The notes beneath the pieces are model-generated. The model was not told the origin of the DNA, did no database searches, and saw only the letters and a list, made by a program, of their open reading frames with translations. This document shows positions 30,801-39,459 of a stretch of 64,000 nt of DNA, piece by piece. The stretch is from positions 615 to 64,614 of the forward strand of contig JAGAWU010000024.1 in NCBI GenBank assembly GCA_017941235.1, in the 5' to 3' direction. Source of the stretch: Bacilli bacterium. GTDB lineage: Bacteria; Bacillota_I; Bacilli_A; RF39; UBA660. How positions within the stretch are numbered: the first letter of the stretch is position 1; every line of letters begins with the position of its first letter. A program made the translations under genes and the position numbers.

Positions 30801-32702
30801 ATGAGAAATGAAGTTTTAAGTGGATATCAAGGTTATGGAATGCCAACACCAGAAGAAGAATTTAAAAGAGTAACTGGACAAGAATTTGATCCTGAAAGAT
30901 ATGAAATTCTATATCATGGTGCTGATAACGATTTTGCTGGTGATGATCCATATGTTCCTTATACTATTGTGGAAAAAGTGCTTGATGATGAGATTACAAA
31001 AACAGATAATAGTGAGGAAGAAATAAAAAAAGCTTATAGAACAGCTGTTGATGATGCGATTGCTTTATATAATTTACCAGAACCAACTGATAGTTATGAA
31101 AGAAAAGCTTATAATGAAGAATATATAGCAAGAAGTGAGGAAATTCGAAAAGCTTTAGAAATTTTAACACCTGAAAAAATAAAAGAAGCAGAAGAAGAAA
31201 TTGCTAGAAAGACTAAAAATAGGTCTAATACTAATTTTGATGATGTTACTGAAAATGAAAATGTAATCCAACCTGAGGTGTCTTCTGAAGATGAAAATGT
31301 GGTTGAACCTGAAATTTCTAATGAAGAGAATGAGGTAAAAGAAGAGACTAATACAAATGATTCAAAGACTAAAAATAAATATATAATTGACCCTAATGGT
31401 ATTATAGTTAATTTTCCTTCTGATAATGAATTTAAAGATGCTATTAGTAATTATATCAATAATACAAATGAAAATACTGATCATGAAGAAATTATAAGAA
31501 ATAATGATGATTTAGATAATAAATTTGAAAAATATGTACCAAAAACTCATAAAAACCAAAGAGTTGGAGTTTTAAAAAGGGTTGTTTCAAGGTTTAACTT
31601 AATACCTTTAATTGCAACTGCTGCTGCACTTGTTGTTTCTGCCTTTGGAAGATCTTCTATTAGTAAGGCTTCTAAGGATAAAGAAATAAAAGAATTTACT
31701 AAGAATTCAGCTTCTTATTCAATTTCTACTGAAGATAAGCAAGAACCAATATATGAGACTAGAGAAGAAGCTATACAGAAAACTATTGATGGAATGAGAA
31801 CAGGAGATAAAATTCATGTTGATAGTGGAGTAGATTATCATTATTCAAGTGATTATGAATATGCTGGGTATGATAGAACTGGTAATTTTGGTTCTGAAAT
31901 AAGAAAAGATGGGGATTACACATTAGATTATGTTTCTATAATTGATCCTTCAACTGGTTTAATTAGAAATGTTGAATATGATAAAGGCAAAAATGTAGAA
32001 GACTTTATTAATGATACAGCTAAAGATATAGGAATTGATCGTGATAAATTAGAAGTTAAAATTGAAATAGGTGGACCTCAAACAGGATGGATTGATTATG
32101 ATGATTATATATCTTGTATCGATAATGGAAGTATTAAACAAGAGGTTGTTGAAACAAAAATTGTTCCTGGAACACAAATAGTTGGAAAACAATATAATTT
32201 TGATTCTAAAGTTACATTTATTGATGAGAATGGTAAGAGTGCTAAAGTTGATTTTAAGAAAGATGATGGCTCTTATTATAAAGTTGGAGAGAATGTTACT
32301 GCTTCTAATGGTCAAACATATAGAATTGATAAATTTGATATTGATACTGAAACTAAGACTGAGAAAGTAGATAGACCTTCTAAAATGTCTATTCCTCACA
32401 ACAAAATAACATTTGGACTTTCAAATATTTCATTATTGGAAGCTTTAGGTGCTGCTGCAATATCACTTATTGGTATTCCTTTAACTTATAGAAGAAAAAC
32501 AGAAGAAAAGGAAATGACAGATGTTGAATTTAGGAATATAGTAGGATTTGGTGGTTATGAGCCTAAGAAAAATGATCCTGAAAGTTATTATGGTAGTTGG
32601 TGGGATGGTTTAACTCATAACAAGGAAACAATTAAATTTATTCCTGATGATAGTAAAGATACATTTTCGTTTGATGATTTTGAGAATAAGAAAACTAGAT
32701 AA
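30801..32702 (+). CDS. Large acidic protein with two hydrophobic segments; shares a 121-aa module with ORF 9723
   Basis: AGGAG RBS; TTGACT-17bp-TATGAT promoter upstream; hydrophobic LIPLIATAAALVVSAF and LLEALGAAAISLIGIPL. Confidence 0.75.
   Translation: MRNEVLSGYQGYGMPTPEEEFKRVTGQEFDPERYEILYHGADNDFAGDDPYVPYTIVEKVLDDEITKTDNSEEEIKKAYRTAVDDAIALYNLPEPTDSYERKAYNEEYIARSEEIRKALEILTPEKIKEAEEEIARKTKNRSNTNFDDVTENENVIQPEVSSEDENVVEPEISNEENEVKEETNTNDSKTKNKYIIDPNGIIVNFPSDNEFKDAISNYINNTNENTDHEEIIRNNDDLDNKFEKYVPKTHKNQRVGVLKRVVSRFNLIPLIATAAALVVSAFGRSSISKASKDKEIKEFTKNSASYSISTEDKQEPIYETREEAIQKTIDGMRTGDKIHVDSGVDYHYSSDYEYAGYDRTGNFGSEIRKDGDYTLDYVSIIDPSTGLIRNVEYDKGKNVEDFINDTAKDIGIDRDKLEVKIEIGGPQTGWIDYDDYISCIDNGSIKQEVVETKIVPGTQIVGKQYNFDSKVTFIDENGKSAKVDFKKDDGSYYKVGENVTASNGQTYRIDKFDIDTETKTEKVDRPSKMSIPHNKITFGLSNISLLEALGAAAISLIGIPLTYRRKTEEKEMTDVEFRNIVGFGGYEPKKNDPESYYGSWWDGLTHNKETIKFIPDDSKDTFSFDDFENKKTR
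30837..31199 (+). repeat. Dispersed repeat copy 2 (363 bp, ~98% identical to 11358-11720)
   Basis: Direct comparison. Confidence 0.95.
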
Positions 32703-32707
32703 AAGAG

Positions 32708-32962
32708 GTGTATGGTATGAATAAGATAATGGAAAGTGAGATACTAACTCTAGAAAATAATGAAGAATATATATGTGTTGCTAGAATTGAAGATAATGAA
32801 GATAGTTATTTAGCTTTAATTAGTAACACTAAACCTATAAGTTTTAGATTTGCTAAAGAAATTATCGAGGGTGATGATGTAACTTTAGAAATTGTTTATG
32901 ATCAAGATGAAAAAGAAAAAGTTTTAAAACTTTATGAAGAAGAAATAAGAAAAAGAATATAA
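32708..32962 (+). CDS. Small acidic protein, DUF1292-like (start may be ATG 32717 or 32729)
   Basis: 'ILTLENNEEY.......N..SYLAL...' and 'IV.DQDEKEKVLKLY' pattern. Confidence 0.65.
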   Translation: MYGMNKIMESEILTLENNEEYICVARIEDNEDSYLALISNTKPISFRFAKEIIEGDDVTLEIVYDQDEKEKVLKLYEEEIRKRI

Positions 32963-33024
32963 ATTATTCTTTTTTTTATGTTTTTTTTGAACTTTTTTTG
33001 AATAATACATATGGAGGTGATTTT

Positions 33025-33726
33025 ATGTCTTTTCATTATAGACATAGAAAGATTATTATCATATGTATTTTATTTTTTACTTTTTGTATTTCTATTTTCT
33101 TTTTTTATTATAAAAACTCTTATAAAAAGAAGAATAGGAGTAGAATTGTTCAAAGTAAAAAAATAGTTAAGGATAATAATAAAATTAGTGTTAAGAAAGA
33201 GAATAGCCATAATAAAAATATTTTTAAAGTTGATATTAAGGGACAAATTGTTTTTCCTGGAATATATGAGCTTGAAGAAGATAGTAGGGTTATTGATGTA
33301 ATTAATAAAGCAGGTGGTTTAACTGAAGATGCTGATACTACTGTAATTAACTTAAGTAAAAAGATAAAAGATGAAATGGTTATTATTGTTTATAGTAAGG
33401 AAGAAGTTAATGATTTTAAGAAGACTAAGGAAATTGAGAAAGAAACTTTAAGTAAATGTGCTCAAAAAGATAATGATTCTGTAATAAACGATGCATGTAT
33501 AGACAGTGAAAAAGGAAGTGTTCAGGATAATTCTTTATTAATAAATATTAATACTGCTTCTTTAGATGATCTTAAAACTTTATCTGGAATTGGTGAAGCA
33601 AAGGCTAAAAGTATAATAGATTATAGAAATTCTAATGGATTATTTAATAGTATAGAAGATTTAAAAAATGTTGATGGTATAGGTGAATCTCTTTATGATC
33701 AAATTAAGAACTCTATTACTATATGA
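33025..33726 (+). CDS. comEA: Competence protein ComEA
   Basis: N-terminal TM, SLBB domain VDIKGQI..PGIYEL...SRV.DVI.KAGG, HhH ININTAS...L.GIG..KA..II.YR. Confidence 0.95.
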   Translation: MSFHYRHRKIIIICILFFTFCISIFFFYYKNSYKKKNRSRIVQSKKIVKDNNKISVKKENSHNKNIFKVDIKGQIVFPGIYELEEDSRVIDVINKAGGLTEDADTTVINLSKKIKDEMVIIVYSKEEVNDFKKTKEIEKETLSKCAQKDNDSVINDACIDSEKGSVQDNSLLININTASLDDLKTLSGIGEAKAKSIIDYRNSNGLFNSIEDLKNVDGIGESLYDQIKNSITI

Positions 33727-35794
33727 TAAGTTTTATTATTTAATTTTATTATTAACTATTATTATTACTGTTGTTAGATTTTATTTTCCTAATAAAAGTT
33801 TTATTTCTCCTAGTTCGAATATAATTGAAGGAACTATAGTTAGTATTAAATATGATGGTAATAATTTAAACTTATTACTAAAAGTTAATAATCGTGAAAA
33901 CATTATTTGTAATTATTATTTTAAGAAATATAGTGAGTATTCAAGTATTAAGAAAAAATTATTATTAGGTCAAAAGATTAGACTATATGGAAATATCAAT
34001 ACTATTTCTAATAATTCTGTTGATAATACTTTCTCTTATAAAAAGTATTTAAAAATTAAACATATTAATTATATATTTAGTGCTAAAAAAATAGTAGTAA
34101 TAAATAATAGAATTGGTCCTTTTTATATAATAAAAAATTTAATACTTAAGTATTTAAGTTTTTTTAAGTCGGGCTCTTATATTAAAATGCTTCTTTTAGG
34201 TGATACTAGTTTTGTTTCTAATAGGGTTATAGATAGTTTTAGAAAAAATGGTATTAGTCACTTGTTTGCCATATCAGGAACACAAGTGACTGTTTTAGCA
34301 GAGTTTATAGTTAGTAATTTAAAAAGAGTTAGTGTTAAAGAAAAAAATAGGTATATAGTAGTTAATATTTTTATATTCTTTTATATGTTTTTGACGGGCA
34401 GTCCTCCTGCAATACTTAGAGCAGTTTTATTCTTTTTACTTTCTTCAATTAACAAATATAATTATTTTTATGTGACTAATCTTAATTTATTTATTTTAAC
34501 ACTATGTATTACACTTTTAATTAATCCGTATTATGTATATGATTTGGGATTTCTATATTCCTATATTATTAGTATGGCCTTAATAATGTGTTCTAAAATT
34601 CTTGATGATAAGAAATATTTTTATTCATTATTTTTAACTTCATTAATTTCTTTTTTAGTTAGTATTCCTATAACTTTATATAATTTTTATGAGCTTAATT
34701 TTATGAGTATAATTTATAATCTATTTTATGTTCCTTTTGTTAATAATTTATTATTTCCTCTAGCAATTATTTCTATATTTTTTTATCCTTTTGATTATGT
34801 TCTAAGTTTTTTTATTTATATTTTAGAAAGTAGTTCTTTGTTTTTAAGTAGTGTTAGTTTTGGAAGAATTGTATTTCCAAAATTAAGTATTTTATATTAC
34901 TTGCTATATTATGTCTTGCTTTTTGTAATATATAAATATAATAAAAAAATTTGGTGGTTTATTCTTGCTTTAGTTTTGATTATTCATTTTAATTTTTATA
35001 CTATTTTTAATTATGATTATGTTTATTATTTTGATGTAAAACAAGGTGATTCTATATTTTTTCATAGTACTAATTATAATATTCTTATTGATACTGGAGG
35101 TATTGAAAAGCATTATCAGTATTCTTGGATGAAAAGAGAAAATAGTAGTTCTATATCTATTAATTTACTTATCCCATATTTTAAGTCTAAAGGAATAAAG
35201 AATATAGATTATTTAATACTTAGTCATGGGGATTACGACCACATGGGAGAAGCTATTAATTTAGTTAATAATTTTAAAGTAGAAAAAGTAATCTTTAATT
35301 GTGGTGAGTTTAATGATTTAGAAAAAGAATTAATTAAAATATTAGATAAGAAAAAGATAAAATATTATTCATGTATTAAAGAATTAAATATTGATAAGAA
35401 TAAATTATATTTTTTGCAAACAAAAGAATATGATAATGAAAATGATAATAGTAATGTTATATATACTGAACTTAATGGTTATAAGTTTATGTTTATGGGA
35501 GATGCAAGTGTTACTACTGAAAAAGAGATATTAGATAAATATAATTTACCTAATATAGATGTATTAAAAGTAGGTCATCACGGAAGTAAGACAAGTAGTA
35601 GCAAAAGTTTTATTAATGAAATTAATCCTAAGTATTCAGTTATAAGTGTAGGCAAGAACAATAGATATGGGCATCCAAACAAAGAAGTATTAGAAAATTT
35701 AGATAAATCAAAAATATATAGAACGGATCAAGATGGAAGTATTATGTTTATGATTAAAAATAATAAGTTAAGAATTGAAACATGTAGTCCATAG
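33695..35794 (+). CDS. comEC: DNA uptake channel ComEC/Rec2 with C-terminal metallo-beta-lactamase domain
   Basis: GISHLFAISG competence domain, multiple TM helices, DV.QGDS, IDTGG, SHGDYDH, KVGHHGS, YGHP; directly after comEA. Confidence 0.95.
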   Translation: MIKLRTLLLYDKFYYLILLLTIIITVVRFYFPNKSFISPSSNIIEGTIVSIKYDGNNLNLLLKVNNRENIICNYYFKKYSEYSSIKKKLLLGQKIRLYGNINTISNNSVDNTFSYKKYLKIKHINYIFSAKKIVVINNRIGPFYIIKNLILKYLSFFKSGSYIKMLLLGDTSFVSNRVIDSFRKNGISHLFAISGTQVTVLAEFIVSNLKRVSVKEKNRYIVVNIFIFFYMFLTGSPPAILRAVLFFLLSSINKYNYFYVTNLNLFILTLCITLLINPYYVYDLGFLYSYIISMALIMCSKILDDKKYFYSLFLTSLISFLVSIPITLYNFYELNFMSIIYNLFYVPFVNNLLFPLAIISIFFYPFDYVLSFFIYILESSSLFLSSVSFGRIVFPKLSILYYLLYYVLLFVIYKYNKKIWWFILALVLIIHFNFYTIFNYDYVYYFDVKQGDSIFFHSTNYNILIDTGGIEKHYQYSWMKRENSSSISINLLIPYFKSKGIKNIDYLILSHGDYDHMGEAINLVNNFKVEKVIFNCGEFNDLEKELIKILDKKKIKYYSCIKELNIDKNKLYFLQTKEYDNENDNSNVIYTELNGYKFMFMGDASVTTEKEILDKYNLPNIDVLKVGHHGSKTSSSKSFINEINPKYSVISVGKNNRYGHPNKEVLENLDKSKIYRTDQDGSIMFMIKNNKLRIETCSP

Positions 35795-35809
35795 AAAGGA
35801 GAATAATAA

Positions 35810-36631
35810 ATGAATGAAATAAAAGAATATACAGAAAAAGTTTTTGAAGATATAAAACATATAGATGAATTTGGAAATGAATATTGGTTAGCAAGAGAAT
35901 TAGGGAAAATATTAGAATATGGTGAATACAGAAAGTTTTTACCATCAATTAAAAAAGCAATGATCTCATGTGAAAAGAGTGAGCAAAATGTTGAGAACCA
36001 TTTCGCCCAAATGGACGTAATGGTGGATATAGGTTCAAACGCGAAAAGAAAGCTAAAAGATTTTAGATTAACTAGATATGCATGTTATTTAATAGTTCAA
36101 AACTCTGATTCCTCAAAATCAGTAGTGGCTCTTGGACAAACTTACTTTGCCATCCAAACAAGGAAACAAGAACTAAGTAAAAAAGAATATAGTGAACTAA
36201 CTGAGAATGAGAAAAGACTATATCGAAGAAATCAAGCAAGAAAAGGAAACTATAATTTAAATAAAACAGCAGTTAATAGTGGAGTAAAAGATTTAGCCAG
36301 ATTTCATAATGCAGGATATAAAGGACTTTATAATGGTGAAACTGCAGATGATATTTTTAAAAGAAAAAATTTAAGGTATAGAGAAGATATATTAGATAAT
36401 ATGGGTAGTGAAGAACTCGCTGATAATATATTTAGAATTGCTCAAACAGATGCTAAATTAAAAAGAGATAATGTAGATAATGAATATACTGCAAATTCTA
36501 TTCATTATGAAGTAGGTAAAAAGGTAAGAAATACAATTAAAGAATTAGGAGGTACCATGCCAGAAAATTTACCAACACCTGAAAAAAGTTTAAAAGAATT
36601 GGAAAAAGAGAGGAAAAAGTTAAAAGAATAG
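35810..36631 (+). CDS. dinD: DNA damage-inducible protein D family
   Basis: FEDIKHIDE.G.EYW.AREL, LTRYACYLIVQN.D, QTYFAIQTRKQE, FHNAGYKGLY, LGGTMPENLPTP. Confidence 0.9.
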   Translation: MNEIKEYTEKVFEDIKHIDEFGNEYWLARELGKILEYGEYRKFLPSIKKAMISCEKSEQNVENHFAQMDVMVDIGSNAKRKLKDFRLTRYACYLIVQNSDSSKSVVALGQTYFAIQTRKQELSKKEYSELTENEKRLYRRNQARKGNYNLNKTAVNSGVKDLARFHNAGYKGLYNGETADDIFKRKNLRYREDILDNMGSEELADNIFRIAQTDAKLKRDNVDNEYTANSIHYEVGKKVRNTIKELGGTMPENLPTPEKSLKELEKERKKLKE

Positions 36632-36660
36632 ATAAATAGGTGTTATAATAATTATGGTAG

Positions 36661-37335
36661 GTGATTGTGTTGGGATATATTGCATCTAATTATAAAAAAA
36701 GTAACTATAAAATTGTTCTGTCTGAGCAAGTATATACTAGATTGCTTGGATTAATTAATTTATGTGGTTTAAATATAAATGGAGAATATGATGAATTTGG
36801 TTCGTTATTTTATGGAAAATTTGAATCAAATGGTGTTATTTTTTTAGAAAGTCCGAGCGAAGTACAAGACTATCAAATTCAATCTAAATCATTTTCAATG
36901 ACTGATTCCATGTGGAAAGAATTAGAAAGTAAAATTGATGATGATAATTGCAGAATTTTTGCTCATTTTCATACACATCCATATTTTCAAGATGATAGAA
37001 ATAGATTGTATTCTACGGAAGATATATCATTTTATCAAAATCTTGCTATTGGATTAAATAGCAATCGAAAGAATGAAGACCAAATAATAGTATTGGGATG
37101 TATGGCTTCGGTAAGTGGTAGAAATATTTCGTCTTTGGATGATATTTCATTTGTTTATTATGATATGAGGCAACATGAGATGATTTACGTTCCATCTATT
37201 TTTGTAAAAATAGGTAATCAAGAGTATGAATTGGAACATGTTCCAGATGAGTATTCATATAACGGAGTATCTTTTCCGATAGACAGAACATTATTAGAAA
37301 TTAATACTGATGAATCACAAAAAAGACATCGATAA
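36661..37335 (+). CDS. JAB/MPN (JAMM)-like metalloprotein
   Basis: E.G..FYG followed by HFHTHP-x10-S-x2-D; own extended -10 (TGTTATAAT) upstream. Confidence 0.55.
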   Translation: MIVLGYIASNYKKSNYKIVLSEQVYTRLLGLINLCGLNINGEYDEFGSLFYGKFESNGVIFLESPSEVQDYQIQSKSFSMTDSMWKELESKIDDDNCRIFAHFHTHPYFQDDRNRLYSTEDISFYQNLAIGLNSNRKNEDQIIVLGCMASVSGRNISSLDDISFVYYDMRQHEMIYVPSIFVKIGNQEYELEHVPDEYSYNGVSFPIDRTLLEINTDESQKRHR

Positions 37336-37356
37336 AAAATTGATGTCTTTTCTTTG
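37320..37356 (+). terminator. Rho-independent terminator
   Basis: AAAAGACATC/GATGTCTTTT inverted repeat followed by T-rich tract. Confidence 0.65.
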
Positions 37357-37396
37357 AATAAATTCTTTCATTCGACTTACTTTTTGACAATCACCA

Positions 37397-37606
37397 CATG
37401 GGGATTACGACCACATGGGAGAAGCTATTAATTTAGTTGATAATTTTAAAGTAGAAAAAGTAATCTTTAATTGTGGTGAGTTTAATGATTTAGAAAAAAA
37501 ATTAATTAAAGTATTAGATAATCTAAAAAATTCTAAAATATATAGAACAGACCATGATGGGAGTATTATGTTTAAAATTAAAAATAATAAATTGAAAATA
37601 GAATAA
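37397..37606 (+). pseudogene. comEC: Displaced comEC 3' fragment with a 348-bp internal deletion
   Basis: 37397-37521 matches 35225-35349 (3 mismatches in 125 bp); remainder matches the comEC tail ~35696-35779 at about 82%. Confidence 0.92.
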
Positions 37607-37648
37607 ATAAAAAAGTGTGATATAATAATTATAAGGTGTGATAATAAT

Positions 37649-38527
37649 ATGGTAGATGTAAAATTGTTAAAACTACAGCATTTTTTCGAAGTCGATTTTA
37701 AAATAAAAAAAGAAATGCTTGATATAGCTCCACCAAGTGATAATTTATATGCTGATGTCGAAAAATATTCGAATAGTGTTAATGATTCCTTAATATATAT
37801 ATTTAGTGAATTAAAATGTGTAACTGCAGATATTTTTGGATTTGAATCACAAATCATGAGCAAAATAACTGAGATGGAAAATATTATTAAAAATAATTTT
37901 TATTCATGTGGTTATGATATTGATAAATTACGTTTGTTCTATAAAAATTTTGTTAGTAATATGGAATTAGATTTTATTAATGCTGTAAAGGAAGAATGCG
38001 TTGGATATACCTTTGGCGGTGTTTCTTCTGCAAAAAATGCAAAGACAATTAATGAAATATTACATTTTATGCATTCATTTATTTTAAATAATGAACAAAT
38101 TTTGCAATCTATTCCGTTGATTGATAAAAAGGAAAATGATTATAAATATTCAATATCGTTAAGAGGGGTTAAAGTACCTGTATTTGAACAATTATTAGCA
38201 CTATTTCCCAATGATTTAGATGTTGGATGGACTGATATGATTGCTATTAATGAAAGAAAGTTATTGATGATGGTTAGAGATAGAGGGCATGCCCTAACGA
38301 TAGAAATAACTTTAAATTTACAAACAGCTAGGATCGAATACTTTATTCCAAAAATATGTAATGTTGATATGGTAAACAATTTACCAGGAATTAATAAAGT
38401 TAATCAAGATAGTGTTGGAGCTACAGGTATTATTGAAATACCTATAAGTGATTTGCCAAATACTTTATTTAGCTTTATCTCTAAAGTTCCTATGGATAGT
38501 GATATGATTATAAGTAATATACGTTAG
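37649..38527 (+). CDS. Hypothetical protein (292 aa)
   Basis: ORF with AAGGTG RBS, extended -10 TGATATAAT at 37618, and terminator at 38526-38555; no family recognised. Confidence 0.75.
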   Translation: MVDVKLLKLQHFFEVDFKIKKEMLDIAPPSDNLYADVEKYSNSVNDSLIYIFSELKCVTADIFGFESQIMSKITEMENIIKNNFYSCGYDIDKLRLFYKNFVSNMELDFINAVKEECVGYTFGGVSSAKNAKTINEILHFMHSFILNNEQILQSIPLIDKKENDYKYSISLRGVKVPVFEQLLALFPNDLDVGWTDMIAINERKLLMMVRDRGHALTIEITLNLQTARIEYFIPKICNVDMVNNLPGINKVNQDSVGATGIIEIPISDLPNTLFSFISKVPMDSDMIISNIR

Positions 38528-38589
38528 AATTATCTGTTTGATAGTTCTTTTTTTTATTTCTAAATTCGTATGCATAGCTTATATCACTA

Positions 38590-38626
38590 CATTGTGATTA
38601 TGATCATATGGTAGATATTATAATTT
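38590..38626 (+). pseudogene. Heavily decayed second comEC 3' remnant
   Basis: CAT TGT GAT TAT GAT CAT ATG GTA GAT (HCDYDHMVD) versus comEC HGDYDHMGE; same upstream ATCACYA as the 37397 copy. Confidence 0.65.
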
Positions 38627-38720
38627 GTAAACAAGATAATGAGTATGTAATTAAATATTGTTCTGATGATAGGATTATTGCTAGAGAGTACGAATTAGTA
38701 TGATATAATATTTAAAGGAG

Positions 38721-39377
38721 ATGGTATTAATGGTGATAGAAAAGAGTAATTTTATAATTTATTATGATGAAGAACTTTCTTATATTCCAGAAGTTGTTGA
38801 ATATTTGGAATTAAGAATGGATGAAATTATGAGTTTTTTTAAATTGGATTCATTAAGCTCAAAGAAAAAAATAATTGTATATAATGATTTGGAATTATAT
38901 AAAAGACATATTGAAAAGTTCTATCAATATCAAGATTATATGAGAGCTGATACTAATGATGGTAATATTAATTTATTATCTGTGGAAGCAGCTCATAATA
39001 CAAAAGAACATTCACAAATGACAGTAGATGAATTAAAGAGTACTATTCTTCATGAGTTTGTTCATATATGTCAGCAAGAAGCTCAAAAAGAAACGATAGA
39101 TAATGAAATTATATGGTTTTGGGAAGCACTTGCAACTAACTTGGGAAATCCTGAGAAATTTTCAAAGATTCTAATAACTGCTACTAATGATGAGATTAAT
39201 AATTTTATTTTTCTACCATATAATTATCCTATAGCTTTTACAATTGGTAATTATATACTTGAGAATTATACTAATGAAGAAATCTTAGAATATGTAAAAT
39301 ATCCTACAAAGTTATTAAACGATTCTGAGCTTATTTTAAATGATGCACGAAGATGGAGTAATAGTAAAAGATTATAG
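38721..39377 (+). CDS. HEXXH zinc metallopeptidase-like protein (gluzincin / peptidase MA-like)
   Basis: ILHEFVH followed by WFWEALA third-ligand motif; own extended -10 at 38701. Confidence 0.7.
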   Translation: MVLMVIEKSNFIIYYDEELSYIPEVVEYLELRMDEIMSFFKLDSLSSKKKIIVYNDLELYKRHIEKFYQYQDYMRADTNDGNINLLSVEAAHNTKEHSQMTVDELKSTILHEFVHICQQEAQKETIDNEIIWFWEALATNLGNPEKFSKILITATNDEINNFIFLPYNYPIAFTIGNYILENYTNEEILEYVKYPTKLLNDSELILNDARRWSNSKRL

Positions 39378-39459
39378 TGTTTTGTTTGAATAAGATGGGT
39401 TTTGATTGACAAACTGTGTAAAGTGTGGTATAATGTATACAATTTTAAGGGGGATAAAA

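Noticed and set aside
37405-37863. 152-aa minus-strand ORF
   Set aside because: Antisense to the comEC remnant and the 292-aa gene; no recognisable motifs.
35800-39400. Prophage or IS explanation for the comEC downstream region
   Set aside because: No integrase, transposase, terminal inverted repeats or phage structural genes seen.
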